64,000 nucleotides of DNA from NCBI RefSeq assembly GCF_001194135.2, contig NC_068984.1, forward strand, positions 130,944,842 to 131,008,841, in the 5' to 3' direction. Both the position numbers and the translations under genes were made by a program. Under the pieces are notes generated by a model. That model made no database searches, was not told the DNA's origin, and saw only the letters and a list, made by a program, of their open reading frames with translations. Shown here piece by piece: positions 1 through 14,646 of the stretch. The DNA comes from Octopus bimaculoides (Eukaryota). Every line of letters starts with the position of its first letter. Within the stretch, counting starts at the first letter, position 1.

Positions 1-1273
1 AGTTTAACATGATCTAATAGGTCCAAGAACTGCATCAGGTTCCAGTGTCTGCTTTAGCAATATTTCTACAGCTGGATGCACTTCTTTATGCCAACCACTT
101 TACAATATGTACTGGGTGTTTTTTTTTTTATGTAAGGTGAAGTCACTATGCAGCTTGAAGGACCACAAACCCCAAAGGCTCCACTTGATACTAGGAGATG
201 AGGAGTAAAAGTATGAGAGAAAGAAGGTGGGGATCAGAACAGGACAGGTTTCTTGCTGTAGAGGAGCTACATTACTTTTCACATTTCAGAAGAGAGGGTG
301 GGGTGATCAGGGTGGAGCAGGGGGAAAGAAAAAATAGATGTCATGGTGAGCCTTCAAGGTATAAGGTGGGTAGAAGTGAATGAATTAAAGGGACAAGAAG
401 TTGGGTGGGTGGAAGTTGCACAACAGTATGTGGGGAGTGTGTATATANNNNNNNNNNNNNNNNNNNNNNNNNNNNNNNNNNNNNNNNNNNNNNNNNNNNN
501 NNNNNNNNNNNNNNNNNNNNNNNNNNNNNNNNNNNNNNNNNNNNNNNNNNNNNNNNNNNNNNNNNNNNNNNNNNNNNNNNNNNNNNNNNNNNNNNNNNNN
601 NNNNNNNNNNNNNNNNNNNNNNNNNNNNNNNNNNNNNNNNNNNNNNNNNNNNNNNNNNNNNNNNNNNNNNNNNNNNNNNNNNNNNNNNNNNNNNNNNNNN
701 NNNNNNNNNNNNNNNNNNNNNNNNNNNNNNNNNNNNNNNNNNNNNNNNNNNNNNNNNNNNNNNNNNNNNNNNNNNNNNNNNNNNNNNNNNNNNNNNNNNN
801 NNNNNNNNNNNNNNNNNNNNNNNNNNNNNNNNNNNNNNNNNNNNNNNNNNNNNNNNNNNNNNNNNNNNNNNNNNNNNNNNNNNNNNNNNNNNNNNNNNNN
901 NNNNNNNNNNNNNNNNNNNNNNNNNNNNNNNNNNNNNNNNNNNNNNNNNNNNNNNNNNNNNNNNNNNNNNNNNNNNNNNNNNNNNNNNNNNNNNNNNNNN
1001 NNNNNNNNNNNNNNNNNNNNNNNNNNNNNNNNNNNNNNNNNNNNNNNNNNNNNNNNNNNNNNNNNNNNNNNNNNNNNNNNNNNNNNNNNNNNNNNNNNNN
1101 NNNNNNNNNNNNNNNNNNNNNNNNNNNNNNNNNNNNNNNNNNNNNNNNNNNNNNNNNNNNNNNNNNNNNNNNNNNNNNNNNNNNNNNNNNNNNNNNNNNN
1201 NNNNNNNNNNNNNNNNNNNNNNNNNNNNNNNNNNNNNNNNNNNNNNNNNNNNNNNNNNNNNNNNNNNNNNNNN

Positions 1274-1550
1274 TATATATACATATATGTATATATACAT
1301 ACATATATATATACATATATGTATATATACATACATATATATATACATATATGTATATATACATACATATATATATACATATATGTATATACACATACAT
1401 ATATATATATATATATATACATATATGTATATACAAATACATATATATATATATATATATACATATATGTATATACACATACATATATATACATATACAT
1501 ATATACATATGTATGTATATATCTATATGTATATATATATGTGTGTGTGT
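1274..1550. repeat. Compound (TA)n/(TACA)n microsatellite; representative of many TA, CA, CAT and ATT tracts in the window
   Basis: Directly visible; most gaps are flanked by such tracts. Confidence 0.95.
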
Positions 1551-1917
1551 TATTTTAGTTAACTCTTTTATGTTTTGAATAATATTGATAATACTATATT
1601 TCTGTTTCAAAATTCAATATCCTTTTAATGTACGCCATGTATCTTCTTGTTTGTTTAATGTTGTGTAAGTGTAACTGAATATGCCAGTTGAATGCATCAA
1701 GTATGCAGCCACTAGTGAGTTGAAAAATGGAAGCAAATAACACAAAAAGGCTTATGCAGAATAAGAGCATAGAAACGAAGAAAATAGGACAGACTGATTT
1801 ACATAACAAATCAGGTGTTTAAAAAATAACTTGCAAAGCAAAAAAATGAATTAAAGGGACTAGAAGTTGGGTGGGTGGAAGTTGCACAACAGTATGTGGG
1901 GAGTGTGTATATGTATG

Positions 1918-1981
<64 letters not shown>

Positions 1982-2665
1982 ATCTTTTCATCATCACTGC
2001 CTCCAATGCCTCCTCCCCTCTTAAAAGTTTTTGTCTTGCAAGTACTTGGTGACCCTGTCAGTGCAAGTGCCACTTAAAAGCACCCAGTAAAGTAAAGAGT
2101 TTGCAATTATTACAAAAATCCACTTGTTTAATAGAAAACTTTATTTGCACCTAAAGCTTTGACAATTTTTTTGAAAAAAAAAGAAAATGATCATGTATGA
2201 ATTTATTCCTGTACTTTGCTTGCAACTGTTCTTCGATACTGATTCAGTTCAACAACTGCCCATGAATGTGGGTTTGTACTTTCCTAAAACTCTGATGCTC
2301 TTGGTGTCCTCACATTATAGCTACCTTTATCATCATCGTCATCATCATCATCATCATTTAATGTCTGTCTTCCATGCATTCATGGGTAGGATGGTTGATA
2401 GGAGCCAGCCAGGTAGAAGACTACCCCAGGCTGCTGTGTCTGTTTTGGGAGTGTTTTTATGGCTGGATGCCCTTCCTAGCACCAACTACACTTCAGAGTC
2501 AACTGAGTGCTTTATACATGGCACCAACATGGGTGAGGTCAATTTTAGCATGGTTTTTACAGCTGGATGCCCTTCCAAATGCCAGCCACTTTACAGAGTG
2601 GACTGAATGCATTTTACCTTAGGTTATGGAATTCCATGCTTATAGAAATTATAAAGTATGTCCAC

Positions 2666-2961
2666 CAGTGGCAGACTGGGTCTAAAAATATTTGTTTCCA
2701 GGAGACTAAGGAGGCCTAATCACAACTACCAAGCTATCATTTAATTTTTTTTTTTTTTTTGTTAAAAGTATTCTTTTCGACTGTCTACAAACACAGCCAG
2801 GCTGAAATAATTAATGCATTCTTCCAGGAGTGAATAAAAAATTCTCAAACTTGAGGGAATGGGCCCCTTAGATACTAACATGGTCGCTCATATATGGATT
2901 CTAATGGTGCAGGGTCCCACTTGCCATCGGGCAAGCTGGCAACCTGGCCAGTCCGCCACTG
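2666..2961. mobile_element. hAT-like MITE
   Basis: TIR CAGTGGC[A/G]GACTGG (13/14); 8-bp TSD ATGTCCAC/ATGACCAC (7/8). Confidence 0.75.
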
Positions 2962-4229
2962 ATGACCACTAATTTTGGGATATGATTTGTAGTGTCTTTA
3001 GAAATGTGGATAAATTTTAAGAGTTTTAAAACTACACTTTCTTCTTAGTCAAACTGATTTTATTCAAACTCCTACATAATATGGGTATATATTTTATGCA
3101 TGCACAGAGTTTGAAATATATTTGTCAAATTAACAAAGAAATTGAAAAGCATATAGGCATTAAAACACGCATGCAAATAGCTGCTATGACTCATGAGGAC
3201 TATTGACGTTTTATTATTTGTTTGTTTCTTTTATTCCTATTTTACTGGTTTCAGTCATTAGAGTGCAGCCATACTGGAGCATCTCTTTGGGGAGTTTTAG
3301 TCAATTACATCAAACCAAGTACTTTATTTGTTACTTATCTTGTGAGATATAAAATATAAAGTGGAAATTGGCATAAGGAGAGATAGCTTGGTCAGATGTA
3401 AATACCATGTGGCATTTCTGTTTGAATGCACTGTTGTTTTTCCCCTACACTGGAATGGTGTGAAAAAAACTTTTTTCTATTGATAGGTAAAACATAACTG
3501 CATTACGAGAAGAAGCTCTCCTACTCACTATGGTACAAATTTGAACTTGAAACATTAAATAAGTTGTCTTTATTATTATGCTGACAATGGATGCTCTGCT
3601 TTGTGTTTACTCCAAGGAAGAACAGTTTTCAATAATCTGATTTCTATTAGCTGAATGAATTTGCTGTTATAGACTATCTGGCTTGATTCTCAATCAAAAA
3701 GAGAGTTAAAGTAAATTGAAAAGCAAGAGGGCTATGTCAGAAAATAAATATAATGTACTCATATCTTTAAGATCTTCATTGACGTAATAAATTTTAAAAA
3801 AATTTAGCACAAAAGTAAAAACTAGATCTCTGATTACTGCTCTTCTTTAGTATAACTAGATGAGGTCTGCATGAAGTGATGCATGTCCTATTAAATTTCA
3901 TGAGTGTGGGGAAAATCATAAGGGCATTGTGAGTAATTAATGATTTGCTCTTATGTTGCATGTGTGTGTGTGTGTGTGTGTGTGTTATTTGGGAAAGTGA
4001 CAATTACTTATTAGTTTCACTTTGTTGGATGCTCCTCTACATTTTGATACACCCATATATGTTAAACTCTTGCATCATATTCGACAGTGAGGTTGGAGTG
4101 ACACTGCTAAAAGTCATTAGTGTGAAGGTTATGTTCTGGCAGTATATAAGTCATCCTTTGTGGGGTATACATGTTGGCATAACCAAGTCTTGAGTATTTT
4201 TGTTGATGCACCAAAACAATGTGATGAAG

Positions 4230-4503
4230 ATCAACTGAAAATATTTTTTCATACTCAGAGTAGCTGAAACATGGAACAAACTACCTGCATCAGTTGTTAG
4301 TTGCTGAGACATTGCATCCTTTAAAACCTCTATGCTTCCTGAAATTCACCAACACTACACCTGATATCCCCACCTCCATACGCATGCAGAAATATATATC
4401 ATGACTTATACATTGTTCACTTTCCTGACTTTTGTACATAATTCTATGTATTGTACTTGCACCTTTGATGAGTTGTAGAGCACCTGAGCACTGTACACAA
4501 TAA

Positions 4504-4542
<39 letters not shown>

Positions 4543-4566
4543 CATTATTATTATTATTATTATTAT
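4230..4566 (+). mobile_element. CR1-clade LINE 3' fragment with (ATT)n tail
   Basis: Translates FFILRVAETWNKLPASVVSC*DIASFK, matching the CR1 ORF2 C-terminal FF..RV...WNxLP..VV motif; followed by a 3'UTR and trinucleotide tail. Confidence 0.75.
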
Positions 4567-6060
4567 TTTAAATTTACCCAGTCTAGTAGCACAGAGCATT
4601 TCTTGTTGTGCTACATGCAATTATTACATCTAACAGTGCCTCTGTATGTTTTATAACTTAGTCTATCTTTTCTGAGATTCATATGAAAGTTGTATGGTAA
4701 ATGTGCTAAAATAAATAGAGAATATTCAAAAATAGTTTGTTGAAAATAACCCACATCATATTCACTGGTCAACTAGCAGGGAATTTTATGTGCAATATTT
4801 TTCACAAAAAGATTGTTGTCATAATCTTTTATGAATAAGTAAATAGCAGTAACATTTATACTTTTTATACATTCATATATTTATTATAAATATGTATATA
4901 TTTTTGTGAAGAGCAGTGCATACTCCTCTTTGTATTAACAATACATTTTCCAGTGTAAATTTCAATCATTATTATATTTAGCTTGGATCTGCATATAAGC
5001 TTGCTGAAAGTATAAAGGGTTAAAGAAAATGAAGTTGTTAAAAGTATGAGAACAAGTGAGTGTAGGTTTGCGTTACATGAATGAAATAGGTGTCCCATTT
5101 AAACAAGTTAGACAAAATGTATAGATGAATTCTAACTTGTTTCTAGTAGGTTAAGACATGGCATAGAAACTCCTTTGTTGGCTTTTGAATATGATATTAG
5201 CTGAAAGGAGTGAGTTCATGCTCTTGTTGAAAACAAAAGATACCTAAACTATTGAAGTGTGACAATTCTCAGATAATGTCTTTTTCTTTTCTAGAGTAGT
5301 GGAAGTTTCTTTTTGTTTCTGTGATTCAACTGGGTGTTGCTTCATTCTTCAAGGTTGTAATTGATTCTAAAGGCACCATGTAAATTTGTTGCTCTGTTTC
5401 TTGTTTGCAAATTCAGTCTTTGTATGTGGCTCCGAAAGAAGTTCTGGGACTTACCTTGCCTGTGCCTGTGCGACTTACCTTGCCTTACCTGTGCAAGTGC
5501 CATGTAAAAAGCACTCAGCCCACTCTACGAAGTAGTTGGTGTTAGGAAGGGCATCCAGCTGTCAAACCATGCTAAAACACACTCAGAAGCATGGCGCATG
5601 CACTGCCTGACCAGCTCCTGTCAAACCATCCAACCCATGCCAACATGGAAGGAGGACCTTAAACAATGATGATGATGATGATGAAACTAAATCTTATGAT
5701 GAGACTGGTATTCGTTTTTGTTTTTTTTAATCTGTTTAAGAATTTCTTAGATATATTGTTTAATGGTAAATGTTTTTAGTTTTTGTAATCCAATCTAAAC
5801 TCTTAATTGAAGATAGTAGTTGAAATACTACACCAATCAGAAAAATATTTAAAAGTCAATATATATGACACTTTTTTAGGTAGAAATTAAGAAAAAAAAA
5901 AATGGAATATGTGATCATATTTCAGAATATTGGAATAATTTGAAGGAAAATAGCACTGATAATATAATCGGTTAAGTTATATTATCAGTACTTTCTAAAG
6001 GGGACTAAGTGCTGTACCTTCTATCTGACCTAAAAATAAAATATAGTATTCTCTTATATC

Positions 6061-6420
6061 ATCATCATTGTTTAACGTCTGCTTTCCATGCTAGCATGGG
6101 TTGGACGATTTGACTGAGGACTGGCGAACCAGATGGCTATGCCAGACTCCAATCTGATTTGGCAGAGTTTCTACAGCTGGATGCCCTTCCTTAACGCCAA
6201 CCACTCCGAGAGTGTAGTGGGTGCTTTTACGTGCCACTGGCACAAAGGCCAGTCAGGCGGTACTGGCAATGGCCACGCTCAAAATGGTGTATTTTATGTG
6301 CCACCTGCACAAGAGCCAGTCCAACAGCACTGGCAACGACCTCACTTGAATGTCTTTTCACGTGCCACCGGCACAAGTGCCAGGAAGGCGACGCTGGTAA
6401 CTATTACGCTCAACTGGTGG
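6061..6420 (-). mobile_element. RTE-tail-like interspersed repeat (family A) ending in (GAT)n
   Basis: Near-identical to 22975-23340 and to the reverse complement of 52770-53012; GGTTGGCGTTAGGAAGGGCATCCAGC motif. Confidence 0.75.
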
Positions 6421-8416
6421 CAATATAATATTTCCTTTTGGTGCTCTAGAAAATCAGATAGTCTCAAAGTGTAGGTATAATTGCAAATATTATTTCATCA
6501 TCTGATTGAGCTTGCTTGGACAAATGCATGTCATGGATTGTCGTTTAATTGCTAATTTCTTATTTATGGTCGCATGTTGTATTGAGGATTGAGTGTTGGT
6601 CAAACTGATGGGTTTCCCAGACCAAGATTATAAAAGCATAATTTGTTCTGCAAAGTGAGAGGAAATCCAAAGTGTATTTTATGCTTTGCATTTCATCCTC
6701 TACTTCCATCCTGTCCCAATGAACTTTGATAAACTACAATCTGACTAACAGACTATTATTTTCCAGTGTCATTATTTTAAATTGCCTAATCAGTAAATTT
6801 TCTTCATACAAGCGTGGGCTCTCTTAGACACTCTGTGATTAGCTTTGTTTTGACTTCACTTTGCTGAGGAGGTCCAAAAAGTCTGAAACATTCCCACAGT
6901 TGTCACCATGGTTGTCAATCATATGCAATAAAATTTAATTTTTGGCCAATTAAAATTTTAGGAGCTCTCTCTTTATCATTAATGTTTATGGATTTTATCC
7001 CTATTAAATATATAATTTCACTTAACTAAAATATATTTTTGGTTCACTATGTCAAACATAGTGACTACTTAACTGGCTTATAAAAAGAGCCAGAGATCAA
7101 ATGGTCAGCAAGTGTTTTGTAGTTTCAAAATGCTTTGTTTTAAGTTACAATGGCTGCACACTGAAAATTAGTTATTTATGATGGATAAGCAAGTCAAGGG
7201 CAAACTGCAGCCATGGGACTTTCTGAATGGTTCACCTATGAAAAATTACTTTGAATTTTTTTAGTAGGGCAGCCCATCTGATGATGAGCTTGCTTCTTGA
7301 AAAAGGGTTACTATGCCTGGAATTAACAGAAGTGAAAGAATCCTTGCTCAGCAAAATTTTCCATGCAATTAAATTTAAAACTGCCTTCTGACAAAGTTTA
7401 AAAGCCCTTAAAAAAAAACAACTACTTTATGTCTTAAGATCCAAATAGTAATTTAATGTAAGTTGCTTTCAATGTGTTTATAAAGCATAAACAACTTTCT
7501 TCTGGCTGTAATGTTTACTATGTGACATTAATCAAGGGTGAATACATACAAATTGATGATCTAATAGGCAGTAAAAGTTAAGTAACATTTAGCTTTTAGC
7601 AGTTCATTTTGCTGTTTCTATTTATTATTTTTCAATCAATATTGTAAAGTAGAAACCACTTCTGCAGTGGCTGGCATTATTATAAAGTAAAATAATTTTG
7701 GCAATAGTTCTTTCTTCAATAAGTAAAAAAAAAAAATTGGATAACTATTTTTGCATGGCAGTAAATGAAAACTGTGTGTGTGTTATTTGTAAAGATTGTT
7801 ATATTTTATAAAAAGGATGCTCTTGAACACCACTAATAGACTAAAATTAAGGAATATGAAAGACTGAAAGGGCTTCAGTATATAGACAAGCTGATATTTT
7901 TAAATGGATCTTAATGCAAACAGCAGTCTGTTTTCAAATGATGCATTAATGATAATATTTCTACAAGTTATGAAATGTGTGAACTAATAGCAAAGTAAAT
8001 GAAACCTTAGATTGATAGTTTGTTAACAAGTCTGAATTTTAACTCCAGAAAATGTCAGATTATTGGAATTGTTAGTTTATCACAGAAGAATACGATAAAC
8101 CATATAAAAAATCTGAATTGTCAACAATATCCAAGTCAGCTTGAAACAACCAGCGTCAGAATGTGTGTTGGTATGTGATAGCTGTAAATGAGATAACAGA
8201 TATAAATGCAGCACTGTTAACTAAATACTTGTATGTGCCATAACAGCAAACTATGTTTTGTAAAGATTTACTTGCGATAAAATCAATGCATCTCTGAAAT
8301 CAAATCAGCAACAGAGATTTCAGTTTACGCTATGATAAACTTAACGGCATAGTTACAGATGATACTGTTAAGTATTCAACTACTGTAAGTGCTTAATTTG
8401 TTCCAAAGCTTTACTC

Positions 8417-8620
8417 CAAGGGTGGAAAACCTTTTTAATACTATGAACAAAAATGTTAATGTATAAAAAAGCCTCAATCAGTTTGCTTAGTATAATTGTC
8501 TACACACTTCTAATTGTTGTAAAATGAAAGATTCATTATTTTTCTCAGCATAGATGTGTTCACAGAGGTTCTTATACACTTTCAATTTACCCATAGGATT
8601 AAAAAGATTTCCCACCCCTG
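8417..8620. mobile_element. hAT-like MITE
   Basis: ~29-bp TIRs (CAAGGGTGGAAAACCTTTTTAATACTATG vs CAGGGGTGGGAAATCTTTTTAATCCTATG); TSD not recognisable. Confidence 0.6.
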
Positions 8621-9366
8621 GTGTAAAGATTTGATATTGAGTAAGTCTTTTTATTGTGACTGTACACTCAAACACACAAATTTATATATATTTGCATATG
8701 TGTGCAACTATGAATATGGAAATAAAATGATTGATATAATGAGAAGGGTTGAGAGCTGGTAGAGAACTAAATCAAATGCCTTGCATTAGCTAGTCTGGTC
8801 TTTCAGCATTCTGAGTTCAAATCTCATTGAGGTTGGTTCTTGAATCATTGAAATGAATACCTGTCATACACTAAGGTTGATCCAATCAACTATACCAATG
8901 TCTACATAAAAATAAACTTTTTAGCTATGTAAATGTAATCAATATACATGGCTAGGTTTACAGAAAAACATAGATCTTATACACATTTAGCTGTCATCCT
9001 TTGAAGATCAACTTTGGTTTTAGTTTAAATGGGTCACCACATGACTTCTGGTCAGGAACAATTGTTAAGTCAAATGCTCTGTTGGCACTCACGTATTTTT
9101 CTATTGATTTTTAAACTTTATGTTTACAGTTTACTGTAGAGAAAAATAAATGCAAATAATGACGCTTTGTTTTGGGGAAGTATTAAGAAAAGTAATAAGG
9201 ATCAATGTAACCTGTTTCCACTGAGTTGATATTCTTCTCTTAGGAATGAGTAGTATGAGATTTTATGAAACACACATAGATAAACACACACACACACACA
9301 CAATAAATACACACACACACACACACATACATGCACACAGATTATATATATATATGTGTATGTATG

Positions 9367-9434
<68 letters not shown>

Positions 9435-9519
9435 TGCATACACACAGATTATATATATATATATAAATATATGTATATATGTATAAGTATATATATATAT
9501 ATAAATATATGTATAAATA

Positions 9520-9551
<32 letters not shown>

Positions 9552-9560
9552 AATATATAG

Positions 9561-9968
9561 GGTGCAGGAGTGGCTGTGTGGTAAATAGCTTGCTTACCAA
9601 CCACATGGTTCCGGGTTCATTCCCACTGCGTGGCACCTTGGGCAAGTGTCTTCTACTATAGCCTCGGGCCAACCAAAGCCTTGTGAGTGGATTTGGTAGA
9701 CGGAAACTGAAAGAAGCCCGTCGTTTATATGTATATATATATATATATGTATGTATGTGTGTTTGTGTGTCTGTGCTTGTCCCCCCACCATTGCTTGACA
9801 ACCGATGCTGGTGTGTTTACGTCCCCGTAACTTAGCGGTTCAGCAAAAGAGACCGTTAGAATAAGTACTAGGCTTACAAATAAGTCCTGGGGTCGATTTT
9901 CTCGACTAAAGGTGGTGCTCCAGCATGGCCGCAGTCAAATGACTGAAACAAGTAAAAGAGTAAAAGAG
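9561..9968 (+). mobile_element. tRNA-derived SINE family B (head, TA/TG microsatellite linker, tail)
   Basis: Near-identical copy at 32822-33197; diverged copies near 11950, 17770, 30730, 37620, 58230 and 62095-63200. Confidence 0.8.
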
Positions 9969-12900
9969 TATATATCTATATAAATATATATACATAAATA
10001 TATGTATGTATATATCTATATAAACACATATATATATATATATATATATATATTGGGGCTAAAAGCAACAGTAACATCCACCCCTAGGGGTCAGCCACAT
10101 TTAAGTGGCAATATACTTCACTTTATATATATATATATATAAATNNNNNNNNNNNNNNNNNNNNNNNNNNNNNNNNNNNNNNNNNNNNNNNNNNNNNNNN
10201 NNNNNNNNNNNNNNNNNNNNNNNNNNNNNNNNNNNNNNNNNNNNNNNNNNNNNNNNNNNNNNNNNNNNNNNNNNNNNNNNNNNNNNNNNNNNNNNNNNNN
10301 NNNNNNNNNNNNNNNNNNNNNNNNNNNNNNNNNNNNNNNNNNNNNNNNNNNNNNNNNNNNNNNNNNNNNNNNNNNNNNNNNNNNNNNNNNNNNNNNNNNN
10401 NNNNNNNNNNNNNNNNNNNNNNNNNNNNNNNNNNNNNNNNNNNNNNNNNNNNNNNNNNNNNNNNNNNNNNNNNNNNNNNNNNNNNNNNNNNNNNNNNNNN
10501 NNNNNNNNNNNNNNNNNNNNNNNNNNNNNNNNNNNNNNNNNNNNNNNNNNNNNNNNNNNNNNNNNNNNNNNNNNNNNNNNNNNNNNNNNNNNNNNNNNNN
10601 NNNNNNNNNNNNNNNNNNNNNNNNNNNNNNNNNNNNNNNNNNNNNNNNNNNNNNNNNNNNNNNNNNNNNNNNNNNNNNNNNNNNNNNNNNNNNNNNNNNN
10701 NNNNNNNNNNNNNNNNNNNNNNNNNNNNNNNNNNNNNNNNNNNNNNNNNNNNNNNNNNNNNNNNNNNNNNNNNNNNNNNNNNNNNNNNNNNNNNNNNNNN
10801 NNNNNNNNNNNNNNNNNNNNNNNNNNNNNNNNNNNNNNNNNNNNNNNNNNNNNNNNNNNNNNNNNNNNNNNNNNNNNNNNNNNNNNNNNNNNNNNNNNNN
10901 NNNNNNATATATATATATATATATAAAGTGCAGGTGCTTCCCTTGCATATTGTTTTGGGTTCAGTCCTACTGTGTGTTACCTTGGGCAAGTGTCTTCCAC
11001 TGTATTCCTGGACCAGCTATAGCCTTGTGAGTGAGTTTTGCAGAAAGAAACTAAAAGGTGCCCATTGTGTGCATGTGTGCATACATGTACATGTACGTAT
11101 ATGTTTGTACGCTCAAAAACAGGTACCTTACTTGGAAACAGGTGAGGGTTGACAACGGGAAGAGCATCTGGTCATAAAAAAATCTATTTCAACAAATTCT
11201 GTTTGCCCTCACATAAACATAAAAAAAGTGAATGTTAAAACGATGACGACAAATGATGACGATGATGATAGTAATGATGATCGTGATAATGATGGTGATG
11301 GTGATATATCAATAACCATGTTAAAAAAGTTACTAAACAGGTGGTGTAGCAGTGCAGCAATCTAAAATCCGGCTGCATATAGCTTGGATTAGAAAACATG
11401 CCATACAACTATTCTTTTATATTATGTCTGCAGACAAATATTTAGTTTTCTGTTCTCACTCCTATCATCACTATTTTAGCATTGATAATACTGAGGATTT
11501 GTACGTTTAAACACACAATCAATGATGACGACAACGACGATGATGATGATGATGATGATGATGATGGCAACAAAAGCAGGGGTTGCAACAATGGCAGTGA
11601 TGATGATTATGATGATTTCTTTCTTTCAATGTGTTGTTAATCTTAATATACCACTTAATATCACTGCAGCTGTCAGAAGAGGAGGAGGGGAGATTTTTAT
11701 GGCTTTTTTTTTCAGAATTTCGTAGTGCTTCTTGACTGACAAGACAGAGATATGCCAGGGTAATTCTGGAGATAAAGAATTAGGTGGGAAGAGAAGCCAA
11801 GTGTAACGTACCATCAACTATTGCAGAGGAATAGATGCAATGGAAGAAACGGGGGGAGGGGGGGTACAGTTCTTTGGTATTGGTGAAAGAAGGCTTGCTT
11901 ATTAGTAATTAGTGTCTTGGATGCCATCAAATTTGTATGTATAGGCACTGATGTGGCTGTGTGGTAAACAAGCTTGCTTCCTAACCATGTAGTCCTGGAT
12001 TCAATCCTACCATGTGATATTTTGAGCGAATGTCTTGTGAATGGGTGGATTTGTTTGACAGAAATTGGAAGAAGCCCATCATATATGTGCATGTATATGT
12101 ATGTATATACATATGTGTGTACATGCGTGTATGTGTGTGTGTGCATGCATATGTGTGTGTGTGTGTGTGCATGCATCTGTGTACTCTTGTCTTGACATTA
12201 TGTAATGGTTGTAAGTGAGCATCACTGTCATACAAGCGAGGTTGGTCTTTGCCAGTCTTCCATGAAAAACATATCTGGTCATGGGGCTATTTTACCTAGC
12301 CTGAAAACAGGTGAGGTTTGGTAACAGGAAGGGCATCCAGCTATAGAAAATTTGCTTTAACAAATTCTTTTTGACCCATGCAAGCAAGCATGGAAAGATG
12401 TATACTAAAAGATGATGATGCATGCATTGTCCTTTGATGTCCTGTAGAACTAAAAAAAAAAAAACATCTTTTCCTCTGCTGTATATTTTTATGTTAGTTT
12501 TGTGGTTACGTGTACTATGATATAAACATTGGGAACATATTGTATAGGTAGCATACAAAGTTGTTTAAAGGGAGATATAATTGCAATATTACCTAATTAA
12601 TGTCTTAGTTATTGTAATTTAATTGGATTCGTTAAACTTGAGGTAAATGAATCATACCACTGTCTAATTTGCACATTACAAATACAATCTGTAATCAGAA
12701 CCGTAAAAATATGAAAAACTTTTCTCAAGTTTAAAATGGAAGTTTTTTTTTTCCTACATTCTAGTGATTGATGCAGTTTTGTATCTCTGTTAAAAACTAG
12801 CTTCTTCCTGACAGGAAAATGTTAAATAATTACAAACAGAAGAAAACATACATAAATATGTACGCATGTTGAGTAGAGTGGAAGAGGTTACACCGTCTCA

Positions 12901-13203
12901 AATTCAGAGGATTCACTATTATCATTGACATCAATTTAGTACTTCTGTACTAACATGAGGAAAACAAATCCAAAACACAGTTACCAGTTACTTGGCTCAA
13001 TCCTGCATAGAATATTTTGTGGATGGTTTATTCGTGCCAACTACTGTAATAGCTTTGGACAATACATTGATTTTAAAACTCATTGTCTATAATTGTCAGC
13101 AATTATTTTAATTTCTACTTCATCATGTAACTTGTTGCTTAAGCTAATCTTAGCTTTGAATTTCATCATGAAAATAAATGTCTTCTGACAATAACCAGGT
13201 GTG

Positions 13204-13241
<38 letters not shown>

Positions 13242-13495
13242 GAATTAATTATTGCTCTGTCATTTGACATAAGTGTAACCCAAGTTGTGATTTCTTGTAC
13301 AGCTGTTGTAAAGATTCAATCAATATATTTGACTTTAGCTATTTATGCTTCGTAAACTCTATAATTTATGCTAGTGGGTGTATATGTTAATGTGTGTATA
13401 TGCTTGGGTTTGGGTTCTGTTATGATTTAGTTGGAGAGATGGGCAGTACCCATGACAATTGTAGGTCCTTTATATCTTAAATGATGATGATGATA

Positions 13496-13885
13496 TTGTT
13501 GTTGTTGGCACTCCGTCGCTTATGACGTCGAGGGTTCCAGTTGATCCGATCAACGGAACAGCCTGCTCGTGAAATTAATGTGCAAGTGGCTGAGCACTCC
13601 ACAGACATGTGTACCCTTAACATAGTTCTCAGGGATATTCAGCATGACACAGTGTGACAAGGCTGACCCTTTGAATTACAGGCACAACAGAAACAGGAAA
13701 TAAGAGTGAGACAAAGTTGTGGTGAAAGAGTACAGCAGGGTTCACCACCATCTCCTGCCGGAGCCTCGTGGAGCTTTAGGTGTTTTTGCTCAATAAACAC
13801 TCACAACGCCCGATCTGGGAATCAAAACCGCGATCCTATGACTGCGAGTCCGCTGCCCTAATCACTGGGCCATTGCGCCTCCACA
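13496..13885 (-). mobile_element. Young tRNA-derived SINE (family C here), full length
   Basis: tRNA-like head with A/B boxes, (AAC)n tail, 10-bp TSD GATGATGATA. Confidence 0.85.
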
Positions 13886-14646
13886 GATGATGATATACAT
13901 ACATACATACATGTATGCCATCATCATCATCATTTTATATCCGGTCACCATGTTGGCATGGTTTGGATGGTTTGACATGGAGCTGGCTATCAGGGAGCTG
14001 TTCAGACTCCCAAATGTCTATTGTGGTATTGTTTCTATAGCTTGATGTGCTTTCTAATGCCAACCACTTAAAAGAGTGTGCTGGGTGCTTTTTACATGTC
14101 ACCATCATGGCTGCATTTACGCAGCATCAGCATGGGTGCATTAATGCAACACTGGTACGGGTACCTTTTAAGTGGAGCTGGCACCTGAAAGGATAAGCCT
14201 GTATATGTGGAAGACTGCGATTTTACTTAGCTTATCAAGTCTTATCAAGTACAGCAAGTCGCCACATCTCCCGGTTCCTTGTCATTTCCTCAATGAGGCC
14301 CAGCATCTGAAGATCCATTCTTACCACTTTATTCTATGTCTTCCTGGATCTACCCCTTCCACAGGTACTCTCCACAGCTAGAGCTCAGTGCTTCTTTATC
14401 CACAAACATATGTAAAGATTGATATATGCTTTTATTTTGTTTTATTGTAAACTCTTTTATTTTAACCTTAATTGAATTTTCTAAAATATTTTTCCAATGT
14501 ATTTATTAAAGTGACTTACCTTTACCAAAATGTTCAGCTACCCTTACCCTTAATAAGTATTCATTATTACCCATCTCCAAGGTGGTAAGCTGGCAGAACC
14601 ATTAGCATGCTGGACAAACTGCTTAGGAGTATTTTGTCTGTCTTTA

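Noticed and set aside
341-1610. Long ORFs of 370-420 aa (and similar ones at 10105, 24719, 29629, 33141, 51551, 56739, 58324, 59949)
   Set aside because: They run through N gaps and TA/CA microsatellites (YIYI, HTHT, X runs); artefacts.
7181-7392. Near-ORF MDKQVKGKLQPWDF... broken at a T7 run
   Set aside because: Contains an in-frame stop as assembled, no recognisable family and no splice support.
13496-13885. tRNA-like sequences at SINE heads (also 19241, 58440, 9561, 61893)
   Set aside because: They lack a complete cloverleaf and continue into shared SINE bodies; not tRNA genes.
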